Part shown: piece by piece, positions 26,190 through 37,399 of the stretch | Numbering within the stretch: position 1 is the first letter of the stretch | How the letters are laid out: the number at the start of each line of letters is the position of its first letter | NCBI GenBank assembly: GCA_964016885.1 | Contig: OZ024741.1 | Location: forward strand, 38,626,001-38,690,000 | Length of the DNA: 64,000 bases | Direction of reading: 5' to 3' | From: Eledone cirrhosa | Lineage: Eukaryota | Program-made: the position numbers and the translations under genes | The notes under the pieces: model-generated | The model's input: only the letters and a program-made list of their open reading frames with translations | Databases searched by the model: none | What the model was told of the DNA's origin: nothing

Positions 26190-29105
26190 TATAAGAAGTT
26201 GGGACAGTGAAATTAAAATACAAGTCATTCTGATCACATTGAGTTCTTCATGTAGATTGGGCCCCGCAACCGACAGTGGTGAATTCTGTGTGCGCATATA
26301 TATATATAGATATATGTGTGTGCACGTGCAGGGTTTAACATGGATGTGTTGGTCACACAAAGGCATGGTCTGTCAACGAATAAACCTGATTCTACAGAAT
26401 TGGTCTCTGGTCTTTAATAGTAGTGATTCCGTGCGTATGTGTGTTTATATTTTATGACAATTCTATTGGGGTGATAACCCGTTTAGTTTTGGTTTAAATT
26501 TGTTAAGGAATAGATTTTCTTTGTTTATTCTTTGTTGCTGTGTGAACGAATCTGAGCACTTGTAGAAGGGGAAGATTTTAAAGTTGGGTAGTGTCATTCC
26601 TGCGCAGTTCGCAATATGGCTGCTCAAGGGGATTTTTCTTGTGTTAGCGTCCCGGATTTGTTGGCAGTGGATGGTCATTCTTTTGCGTAATGAGGTGCCC
26701 GTCTGTCCAATGTAGTTGTGTTTGCACCCACCGCAAGTTATTGCGTAAATCAAGTTCTCCGAGTTGCAGGTGAAATTGTTTTTTACTGTAAATGTTTGGC
26801 CATCTTTGAATGTAAATGTTTGTCCTTCAGTGAGGTAGAGGCACGTTCCACAGTTTGTTCTACCACATTTGGTAACTGTAGGGTTGAGGATTGGTTTGGG
26901 TATATTTGGTCCAGTGAGAATGCGTTTAAGTGATTTGGGTTGTCTTTTACTTTTAAGGATCTTGTGTGTTTCAAGAATAGACTTCATTTTTACATCTTTA
27001 AGTAGGATGGGGAGGTTTTTGTGTAGGTGATCAAACATTTCGGTATTTCTGGGGTTGAAAGTGGATACATATGGCAGGGTGTTGAGTGTGGTTTTCTGTT
27101 TTGGATTGTTAAGTTGATGGGGATTTAGGTGTTTTGCCCTGTCTATTCCATTGTTGATTATTTCAAGTGGAAAGGCTCTTAAGATAAGGGTGTCTTTTAG
27201 TTCCTTTAGTCTTTGCTCCCGTTTAGGTGGATCTGATACTATGGTACATATACGTTTGGCCAAATTGTAAGGAATGTTAAGTTTTTTATGTTTTGGGTGA
27301 CTTGATGTGAAAAAGAGGTATTGCTTGGAATCTGTGGATTTATAGAATATATCTGTATCTAATTTCCCGTCTATTACAGAGATGAGAATATCCAAGAAGG
27401 CTAATTCCTTATGATTGGATTCCATTGTGAATTGTATGTTATTATCTATGTTGTTTATCATGTTTTTAAACGTAGTAAGTGAGTTCATGTCTTCTTGCCA
27501 TAGGATAAAGCAGTCGTCTAGATATCTTTTCCAATTGGCTTTGAGGTGTGTGTGGAAAGAGTCTCCAAATAAGAGAAGGGACTGACTGTATATTTGTTGT
27601 TCATGGAATCCCATAACTAGGTTGGCATATGTGGGTGCTACTTTCGTGCCCATTGCCGTACCTGATACTTGTCTGTATGTTGAACCATTGAATGTGAAGT
27701 AGTTATTTTGTAGGATAAAGCGGAGTCCGTCAGTGATAAAATCTGTGTTGATGCGTGTCGGTATTTCTGATGGGTGTGTGTTAAGCCAGTATTGGACTGC
27801 TGTTATTCCATAGTTGTGAGGTATGTTTGTGTAGAGGTTTATTACGTCAAAGGAGACAAGAATTGTATTTGCACTTACTGTTTTAGGGAGGTGTTTCAAC
27901 ATGTCAAGGTCATCTCGTATGTAGCTCTGTATATGTTGTAGAAAGGGTTTCAGTAGGATGTCCAGAAAGTTGCTAAGTCTGTGGGTTTCACATGTAGGGC
28001 CTGCTATAATTGGCCTGAGTTTTAGGTCTTCTGGTGGTGTTAGTTCAATGTAATTGTTGGTTGAGGTGTCACATGCATCGTTTATGGGTTTACATTTGTG
28101 GAGTTTCGGTAAGCCGTAAAAAGAGCTTGTATTGCATTTGAAGTGGCTTATATAGTTAAACTCTTTTGTGGTTAAGCTGTTGCGGTATTTATTCAGTAAG
28201 GTCAAAAGGTTCCCCATTGTTTTGGTGTGTTTGTAGTTTTCTGTTTTTTCATAGTATGTGTTGTTTTCTAAAATGTTAAGTGCGAGGGTCCTATAGTAGT
28301 CCGTATTCATAATGACAACAGTACTGCCTTTATCGGCTTCTTTGATAGTTATCTCAGGGTTGTTTCTAAGTGTGAATAATTCTTCCCATTCGTGTGTAGA
28401 TAGGTTTGATTTCGTGTGTTTATTTGTAATTTTTTCATAGGGAAAGTTGGTGATGTGTTCGCAGTACGTGTCCAGTGCTTTATTTCTTCCCTTTTGTGGG
28501 CAGAAATTGCTTTTATTTCTAACCAGTGATTCGTCTTCAGTGTTGGTGTCGTTGTGAAAGAATTCCGTTAGTCGCAGCATTCGGCAGTATTCCATGATGT
28601 CATCCTTCATTTCGGGGAAGTTTGGTTTACGTGGTGTAGGTGTAAATTTCAGGCCCTTACTTAAAATGTTGATTTGTGTGTTGGTTAGAGGTGTCTTTGA
28701 GAGGTTGATTATTTTTGGTTTCTCCTGAGGGGGGGCCATCGAGTATCCTGGTATTTCAGGCTTTTCCCTAAAAAAGGAATGTAGTTTTGTGTGTGATTAT
28801 ATTTTGTTGGTCTGTTGCGTGTGGGTCTGTAGCTTGTTGTTTCATGAGGGTGAATGTGATGGTGGGGGTGGTATGTGTTGTGGTTGTTGATGAGCAAGAG
28901 TTCTGTTGTTGGTTCATGTGGTCTGGGTGCGTTATTTCTGTGGTACAGAGTGTTGAGGTTGGGGGGTTGTCTTTTGTTGGATTGAGGGTGATGTCTGGTG
29001 TGGTTGTGGGTAAGTTCTGTTGTGATTTCAAGTGGTCTGGGTGGATTTCTTCTGAGGAATGTGGTGTGTGTGTTGTGAGTTGGATCTATGTTATTTCGTC
29101 GTTGG
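26190..29105 (-). mobile_element. Neptune-like PLE including UTRs
   Basis: ORF plus flanks; 3' UTR 26220-26295 is homologous to 63870-63935; boundaries approximate. Confidence 0.75.
26463..28739 (-). CDS. Intact PLE polyprotein (RT + Zn-knuckle + GIY-YIG), Neptune-like
   Basis: IINLS..LSKGLKFTPTP, IKEADKG, FYGLPKLHK, LRPII, SFDVINLYTNIP, GTAMGTKVAPTYANL, WKRYLDD, FLDI, SSHP, CGRTNCGTC, NLIYAITC..C..YIGQT..LRKR. Confidence 0.95.
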   Translation of the reverse strand: MAPPQEKPKIINLSKTPLTNTQINILSKGLKFTPTPRKPNFPEMKDDIMEYCRMLRLTEFFHNDTNTEDESLVRNKSNFCPQKGRNKALDTYCEHITNFPYEKITNKHTKSNLSTHEWEELFTLRNNPEITIKEADKGSTVVIMNTDYYRTLALNILENNTYYEKTENYKHTKTMGNLLTLLNKYRNSLTTKEFNYISHFKCNTSSFYGLPKLHKCKPINDACDTSTNNYIELTPPEDLKLRPIIAGPTCETHRLSNFLDILLKPFLQHIQSYIRDDLDMLKHLPKTVSANTILVSFDVINLYTNIPHNYGITAVQYWLNTHPSEIPTRINTDFITDGLRFILQNNYFTFNGSTYRQVSGTAMGTKVAPTYANLVMGFHEQQIYSQSLLLFGDSFHTHLKANWKRYLDDCFILWQEDMNSLTTFKNMINNIDNNIQFTMESNHKELAFLDILISVIDGKLDTDIFYKSTDSKQYLFFTSSHPKHKKLNIPYNLAKRICTIVSDPPKREQRLKELKDTLILRAFPLEIINNGIDRAKHLNPHQLNNPKQKTTLNTLPYVSTFNPRNTEMFDHLHKNLPILLKDVKMKSILETHKILKSKRQPKSLKRILTGPNIPKPILNPTVTKCGRTNCGTCLYLTEGQTFTFKDGQTFTVKNNFTCNSENLIYAITCGGCKHNYIGQTGTSLRKRMTIHCQQIRDANTRKIPLSSHIANCAGMTLPNFKIFPFYKCSDSFTQQQRINKENLFLNKFKPKLNGLSPQ

Positions 29106-29116
29106 TTTATGTAAGG

Positions 29117-30760
29117 GGCATTTCTATGTTTAGATATTATTCAAATTTCTATGTTGTCTATGTTACCGTCGTCGTGTTGTTGTCTGGCATGTTCATATAG
29201 TACTGAACCGTTTTTTCGTCCTTTTAGTTCCCCCCCAGTGTTGGTCTATCCTTTCACCTATGCTACGAGCTGTCTCGCCTATGTATGCTGTTGTCATGTT
29301 TCTGCAAGTACCCTCTGAACATCTTATGCTATAGAATACGTTTCTAGTTTTACAGTTTATCCGGAGGTTTACTTTACATATAATACAATTCCTATTAGTA
29401 CAGTGGGTTTTCTTAAAAGAGTATATATATTGTTATACTTGGGGAGGGTCATATTTGTGTAATAATATTGCCAGAAATAATAACAGAACACACTCACTGT
29501 TTGGTTGGTTTTCGCATCTGTGTCTTTTATATCGGTTAATTTAATTTATTCGGTCCTCAATGTACCATCGACTGACCAACGGTCAAAAATACAGATACAA
29601 TATAGACACAAACACATATATATATAGTCTAACAAAGTTCTTACGTTGCACATCTGCAACATCGTCAGTGGTGCTATTATGTTTCCTCCTGTTGTATTGT
29701 ATGCCTACGCCATCTTTATTTAGTCTGTTTATTTATTTATTTATTTATTTATTTTTGTCTTCTCTGCGTATGCGTTTGCGTGTATGTATAGTGTTTGATG
29801 TGCGATCGTGTTTGGGTGACTGTGTATTGGTTATTGTATTCTAGCTTAGTATACTAGTGTGTGTTTATATGTTTGTTGTTATTGTGCTTGTGTATGTATT
29901 TATTCATTTATTTATACTTCTCTTAGGTCAGTATTGTTTCTTTGGGTGTTGTTGTTATTCCATTCTTTTTTTCTGTTTAGCCTTGGCCTTCTAAGTTCTA
30001 TTTCGCTGGCCTCTCTGATTTGCCTATCTGCTGGGTCATTTCTATGTTTAGATATTATTCAAATTTCTATGTTGTCTATGTTACCGTCGTGTTGTTGTCT
30101 GGCATGTTCATATAGTACTGAACCGTTTTTTCGTCCTTTTAGTCCCCCCCCCCCCAGTGTTGGTCTATCCTTTCACCTATGCTACGAGCTGTCTCGCCTA
30201 TGTATGTTGTTGTCATGTTTCTGCAAGTACCCTCTGAACATCTTATGCTATAGAATACGTTTCTAGTTTTACAGTTTATCCGGAGGTTTACTTTACATAT
30301 AATACAATTCCTATTAGTACAGTGGGTTTTCTTAAAAGGGTAGGTTTTGCTGATCAGGAATTTTATGTTGGTTCCTGACTTTTCTACCACCTTAATCTTT
30401 AAGTGGATCTTTCTCAGGGCCTTTCTACACTGGTTAGCTAATTGCGTCCACAAACATGACACTCTGGTATCTCTGGTTGTCCTACCATGAGGTGGCTTGC
30501 CCTATCTTATGTCTAGTCCTATCTAAGCTATTCCATGATTTGCTCCTGTATAATGGGCAAATTCCTTTCATGTTCAGTTCTATGAGGGTCTTATACTTCT
30601 CCGTGGCTCCTTCATATACTCATAAACACAGTGAGTGTGTTCCGTTATTAATTCTGACAACATTATTACACAAATATGACCCTCCCCAAGTATAACAATA
30701 TTTGTTTCGACACGCGATTTCATATAAAAAACCTCGAAAACTAATTCATCGCCGTTATAT
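29117..30760 (-). mobile_element. PLE family B: tandem 3' fragments (29117-29425, 29430-30620) with inverted tail (30622-30760)
   Basis: CKTRNVFYSIRC..YIGETARSIGERIDQH GIY-YIG; near-identical to 44587-45770. Confidence 0.85.
29631..29672 (-). ncRNA. Family B hammerhead, core-mutated (GAAA>GUAA)
   Basis: CTGACGA-tGTTGCAgatgTGCAAC-GTAA-GAAC-TT. Confidence 0.55.
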
Positions 30761-30766
30761 ATATAC

Positions 30767-30807
<41 letters not shown>

Positions 30808-30810
<3 letters not shown>

Positions 30811-31008
30811 CGAAGGAAATGTGGTAAGGAACCAGATGGACCATAACGCACCAAAATACTCAATACTTAGGGTATTAGAGTGGGTAATAGGAACGAGTAG
30901 GGCCCCGACGGCTGAGCTCAAGCCGTTTAGTCCAGAATTTAGTCCAGAATTTAGTCCAGAATTAACCGTCGAAACGGCTTGAGCTCAGCCGTCGGGGTCC
31001 TACTCGTT

Positions 31009-31012
<4 letters not shown>
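30808..31012 (-). mobile_element. Family J short element: half-hammerhead fold-back
   Basis: 41-bp inverted arms 30888-30928 and 30972-31012; loop has three AGTCCAGAATT; (TA)n both sides. Confidence 0.8.
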
Positions 31013-31074
<62 letters not shown>

Positions 31075-31307
31075 GATAGGGGGGAAGAAAAAATGGCTTC
31101 ACTTGTGCTTTCAACAAATTTATTTTCTTCACAAAATCCAAAAAGAATTTTTCTTAAAAAAAAATATTTTATAAATTAAGTTGTTGGTTATTGGTTAGGT
31201 CTTAGGAGTTGTTGGTTAACGTAGGAGGTATTGTTTCGTTTTTAGAAAGACCTTTCACGCTGAGGTGCGCTTGATATATATATATATATATATATATTTA
31301 TACATGT

Positions 31308-31388
<81 letters not shown>

Positions 31389-31738
31389 TGTGTGTGTGTG
31401 TGTAAAAGGGCACAGATAAAAATACGAGTGGAAGAGGATGTTGAAGCATGGTCACAACTTACTGGCTGGAACCTGTGAGAGTATTGGGTAGAGTATGTGT
31501 GCCGAAGATTACACACACACACAGACAGATACACACACATACACACACATGCACACACACACATATATATATACATACACATTTATATAAACGTGTATAT
31601 ACAGCCGCAGGCGCGTGTGTTCCTGTGTATAGGTACACGTCTATCAGAGGCATGTCTGTGCCACATTTACAACATCTGTTCAAGAATGGCTGTATTTGTA
31701 TGTGCTGTGAGCGTGTCTGCTTGTCTATCTTGAATGTG

Positions 31739-31796
<58 letters not shown>

Positions 31797-31923
31797 GAGG
31801 TTATATTTAATTTGTTGGGATTCAACAAGCTTAAACATATAACTGATATAAAGCACTCAACAAGTTAGTGGAGTAAATACACAATATATTAATAAATGGA
31901 AACTATATTTATAAAACCATATT

Positions 31924-31989
31924 TATTTTATTATATATGTTTCAAGGGCAACCAAGGCAAATTATGGTGTGCTTTCATCAGATAAAATA
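31924..31989 (-). ncRNA. Type I hammerhead motif, family I
   Basis: tattttat-CTGATGA-AAG[..]CTT-GAAA-catata-TA-ataaaata; 8-bp stem I. Confidence 0.7.
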
Positions 31990-32125
31990 CAGATTTGTTT
32001 TATAAATAAATATTGACATACCCGGAAAAAAGACAACCTCAACGGTTGGAGCTTCCAGGAAGCTCCAACCGTTAAGGTTGTATGTCATGCATCCAACTGT
32101 TAAGGTTGTATGTCATGCATCATCT

Positions 32126-32192
32126 TATTTTATCTGATGAGGACGTACAGTTGAAGTTAGCTCAGTACCTCTGAAATATGTATAATAAAATA
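32126..32192 (+). ncRNA. Type I hammerhead motif, family I, different stem II
   Basis: tattttat-CTGATGA-GGAcGTAC..GTACcTCT-GAAA-TAtgTA-TA-ataaaata. Confidence 0.75.
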
Positions 32193-32237
32193 TACTTGAT
32201 CACACGAATGTCTATTTTTGTTAATATTTTGAATTAA

Positions 32238-32365
<128 letters not shown>

Positions 32366-32399
32366 CATATATATATATACATATATATATATATACACA

Positions 32400-32477
<78 letters not shown>

Positions 32478-32814
32478 TGTGTGTGTGTATCTATATATAC
32501 ATATATATATGTCTGTGTATATGCACGTTTTTGAATATGGGTATATATATCTGCCTGCATGTGCAAGCGTATATATGTGTGTGTGTGTGTGTATGTGTGT
32601 GTGTGTGAGTGTGTATATATCTATGTAGGTGATATTTTGAAATATGTGTTTGGTTGCCTGAAAACAACCAACAAGTAGTTAGAATGACGCTTCAGCAACG
32701 TCCGTAACGTTTGAGTTGGAACAGATATATGCTAAGCCAGCAGTTCTGCATTGCCTACGTGACTGACCAAGTGTATCTAGAGCTAAGATGGAATGAAATG
32801 AAGGCGATGGGGGA

Positions 32815-34470
32815 TGATGAACGCTGTGTCTGGTAGGTGGTGGTTGGTGGTGGTGGTGGTGGTGGTTGGCTGGTAGATGGTGATGGTGGTGCTGGTGGTG
32901 GTTGAATGATAGGTGGGGGTAATGATGAACGCTGTGTCTGGTAGGTGGTGGTTGGTGGTGGTGGTGGTGGTGGTGGTGGTGGTAGTGGTTGGCTGGTAGG
33001 TGGTGATGGTGGTGCTGGTGGTGGTTGAATGATAGGTGGGGGTAATGATGAACGCTGTGTCTGGTAGGTGGTGGTTGGTGGTGGTGGTGGTGGTGGTGGT
33101 GGTGGTAGTGGTTGGCTGGTAGGTGGTGATGGTGGTGCTGGTGGTGGTTGAATGATAGGTGGGGGTAATGATGAACGCTGTGTCTGGTAGGTGGTGGTGG
33201 TGGTGGTGGTGGTGGTAGTGGTTGGCTGGTAGGTGGTGATGGTGGTGCTGGTGGTGGTTGAATGATAGGTGGGGGTAATGATGAACGCTGTGTCTGGTAG
33301 GTGGTGGTTGGTGGTGGTGGTGGTGGTGGTGGTGGTGGTAGTGGTTGGCTGGTAGGTGGTGATGGTGGTGCTGGTGGTGGTTGAATGATAGGTGGGGGTA
33401 ATGATGAACGCCGTGGCTGGTAGGTGGTGGTGGTGGTGGTGGTAGGTAGTGATGGTGGTGCTGGTGGTGGTTGGTGGTAGGTAGTGATGGTGGTGCTGGT
33501 GGTGGTTGAATGATAGGTGGGGGTAATGATGAACGCCGTGGCTGGTAGGTGGTGGTGGTGGTGGTGGTAGGTAGTGATGGTGGTGCTGGTGGTGGTTGAA
33601 TGATAGGTGGGGGTAATGATGAACGCTGTGTCTGGTAGGTGGTGGTGGTGGTGGTGGTGGTGGTAGTGGTTGGCTGGTAGGTGGTGATGGTGGTGCTGGT
33701 GGTGGTTGAATGATAGGTGGGGGTAATGATGAACGCTGTGTCTGGTAGGTGGTGGTTGGTGGTGGTGGTGGTGGTGGTGGTGGTGGTAGTGGTTGGCTGG
33801 TAGGTGGTGATGGTGGTGCTGGTGGTGGTTGAATGATAGGTGGGGGTAATGATGAACGCCGTGGCTGGTAGGTGGTGGTGGTGGTGGTGGTAGGTAGTGA
33901 TGGTGGTGCTGGTGGTGGTTGAATGATAGGTGGGGGTAATGATGAACGCTGTGTCTGGTAGGTGGTGGTTGGTGGTGGTGGTGGTGGTGGTGGTGGTGGT
34001 AGTGGTTGGCTGGTAGGTGGTGATGGTGGTGCTGGTGGTGGTTGAATGATAGGTGGGGGTAATGATGAACGCTGTGTCTGGTAGGTGGTGGTGGTGGTGG
34101 TGGTGGTGGTAGTGGTTGGCTGGTAGGTGGTGATGGTGGTGCTGGTGGTGGTTGAATGATAGGTGGGGGTAATGATGAACGCTGTGTCTGGTAGGTGGTG
34201 GTGGTGGTGGTGGTGGTGGTAGTGGTTGGCTGGTAGGTGGTGATGGTGGTGCTGGTGGTGGTTGAATGATAGGTGGGGGTAATGATGAACGCTGTGTCTG
34301 GTAGGTGGTGGTGGTGGTGGTGGTGGTGGTAGTGGTTGGCTGGTAGATGGTGATGGTGGTGCTCGTGGTGGTTGAATGATAGGTGGGGGTAATGATGAAC
34401 GCCGTGGCTGGTAGGTGGTGGTGGTGGTGGTGGTAGGTAGTGATGGTGGTGCTGGTGGTGGTTGGTGGTG
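32815..34470. repeat. G-rich ~90-125 bp minisatellite with variable (GGT)n
   Basis: About 15 units anchored by GTTGAATGATAGGTGGGGGTAATGATGAACGC. Confidence 0.95.
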
Positions 34471-35495
34471 GTGGTGGATATGTTGGTGGGGATGTGCGGT
34501 ATGTGTTAGTGTTGGAAATGGTGGTCGTGGATGCTGGGTGGTAGTGAGTGGCGAGTAGTGGCGGAGGTAGTGGTGGTGGTAGTGGTGGTGGTAGTGGTGG
34601 TGGTGTGTGGTGAGCGTTGTTTAGTAGTTGCTAGTGATAATGGTGTTGGTGGTGATGGTGTTGGTGGCGATGGTTTTGGTGGTGCTGTGGCTTGTAGTGG
34701 CGATGGTGGGGATATGGGGTGATGGTAATGGTGGTGTGGCTGGTAGTGGAGGTGGAGGGGATATGGGGGATTGATTGAGGTGGTGTGGCTGGTAGTGGAG
34801 GTGGTGGGGATATGGGGGATTGGTGGAGGTGGTGTGGCTGGGACTGGCTTGCTGGCAGATGGAGATGATTGGTGATGGTATGGCTTTTAGTAGCAATAGG
34901 GAATGAGGGGGTTGGTGGCAGTGGATGGTAGTGATGGAGGTGAAGGATCGGAGGGATCAGTGGTGGTATGGCTAGTAGTGGCGGTGGTGGTACAAATGGT
35001 AGTGGCAGTAGTGGGGGATTGAGGTGATTTGTGGTGGTAGTGGTGGTGGTGGTGGTGGTGGTGGTTAGTAGTGGATGGTAGTGTTGGCGGCGATGGTAGT
35101 TTTAATGCTATTGTGGCCAGTATTGGTCGTGTTGATGTCGTTGATGGTAATTGTGGTGGTGCTATTAGTGTTGATGGTGGTGGTGTTTGTAGTGTTGGTG
35201 TCGTTGTTGGTGATAGTGGTGGTGATGGTGGTGGTGGTGGTGTTAGTAGTGTTGGTGTCGTTGTTGGTAATTGTGGTGGTGGTGGTGGTGGTGGTGGTGG
35301 TGGTGGTGTTAGTAGTGTTGGTGGTAGTGGCGTTAGTAGTGTTGGTGATGGCGGTGATGGTAATAGTGTTGGTGCTGGTGATGGTAGTGTTGGTGTCGCT
35401 GATGGTAATGGTGGTGGTGGTAATAGTATTGATGATGGTGGTGTTAGTAGTGTTGGTGATGGTGATGGTTGTAATAGTGCTGATGGCGGTGAGGG
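34470..35495. repeat. Degenerate (GGT/GAT/AGT)n low-complexity tract
   Basis: Seen directly. Confidence 0.9.
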
Positions 35496-35823
35496 CGATT
35501 CAGGCTGCCAACTCTTTTACGGAAAGTACAAACAACTATATATTTACCTTATCGCTGTCTGACGTCAGTCGTTGAAAAATATACTGCACACATGTATAGA
35601 CACAGACACACACACAAACACACACACACATATATATATATATGTATGTATATATATGTATATATATATATATATAGACATACATGCATGCATATATACA
35701 CACAGAAAACATATAAAGACAAAGTCTTTATATATATGGCATACAATACATATATGCATAAAGGTATACATACATGTTTAGATATATACACACATAAGTA
35801 CATACATATACACATACATCTAC

Positions 35824-35856
<33 letters not shown>

Positions 35857-36519
35857 CGTGCGTGCATACATATATACATACATACGTGCATATATATATA
35901 CATACATAAGTGCTTACATATATGCATACACACACACGTACACACACATATATATATATACATACATACGTGCATACATACATACATAAATAAATACATA
36001 CATACATATATACATACATACATACATATCAACGCGACCAGTCGTACATGTCGGCGTGGGAGACTATTCATTAAATATAAGATGAATACTATCTCCGACA
36101 GTAATGCCAAAACTACCAGCCGTGTTAACTAACAAGATATTCTTCTAATTATACCCACTAAATACATCTTTTATTCAAATTCGTAGAGATACCCGACTAA
36201 ATACTAAATTTATTTTACAAGGATTAGCTACAAGCAGCATGGATGAACACATCATCAGCATCAATAACATTAGTGGAGAAACAAAGAAAAAAACAAAACA
36301 AAAAACAAGAAAGGTAAACAAAATTTCTTTAGGTAACGAAATTATAAATAGTATTTTAATTTTTTTTGTTAGTTACAAACTTAGTAACGATTTGTTTAAT
36401 TGTTATAAGATGGCTAAAATAGAGTCTTCTGTGGTCTATATGAATAGAATGCAGCTATACTTGGACGAAACATTCAAAACTAAATCACTTCACAGCCACA
36501 CAATAACATGGAACCGGAC

Positions 36520-37100
36520 ACCATGCTTTGACGCATAGAGTTACGGCCCTTGCCATTCTGAGTTCAAATCCCGCCGAGGTTAACTTTGCCTTTCATCCTT
36601 ACGGGGTCGATAAAATAAAGTACCAGTAATGCACTGGTATAATTGCTGGCCTTGTGCCAAAAGTAGAAACAATTATTCATTGTAAGTCCCCCAGATCAAA
36701 CATGCAATAAATAACACGTGCTACAGGCCGCCATGTTACTAGACTTTCTAGCTTCCAGACTGACCATCAACAAACAACAGTAATACTCATACAGTCCCTT
36801 GAAACAATCACGCCAGTAAGACATTCGACACCACGTGTACTAACTGATTACACCTCGACTTTTATGGAATCTCACAGCCACCTAGATCAACATCAAGACG
36901 CTGTCAATAATAATTGTTTCTACTTTTGGCACAAGGCCAGCTATTATTCCAGTGCATTACTGGTACCTTATTTAACGATCCCTTAAGGATGAAAGGAAAA
37001 GTTAACCTCGGCGGGATTTTTAAACTCAGACTGGAAAGGGCCATACCTCTATGCTGCAAAGCTTGGCATCCGACCCTCCACCAATACTGCCAATCCACCA
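36520..37100. mobile_element. Two SINE copies, tail-to-tail (36520-36675 +, 36910-37100 -)
   Basis: Family sequence on opposite strands. Confidence 0.8.
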
Positions 37101-37399
37101 ATGATACGCCTACCATTAGCTGAGAAACAATTGAAATATACCATCAGCGAAACTTTCCAGAGAAAAATTAATTCATGTATAAAGATTTCTCTTGCGGAAC
37201 GATATAAAACAAACAATATTAAATCAAAAGAAAGCAAATAATAAATGTACGTGGGCTATTGAGGAAATTGGGGGGTGAATATATACGACGAATTGAAGCT
37301 CCTATGTTTTGGGAAATCAACGTTGTTTATAAGTTCTGGCAACGACAGTGAAACATTATCTTGGTGATAACAGAGATGTTAACAAAAACAAAACACCAC

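Noticed and set aside
26220-26260. HHR in the Neptune-like 3' UTR (ATGAAGA; homolog near 63910)
   Set aside because: A at position 3, no GAAA in this copy and poor stems; cannot be supported
32815-34470. CRISPR-like repeat-spacer pattern
   Set aside because: Spacers are (GGT)n variants rather than unique sequence; eukaryotic context; no cas genes
35071-35575. Gly-rich and Val-rich ORFs resembling structural proteins
   Set aside because: Degenerate (GGT)n tract open in two frames; no signal peptide or splice evidence
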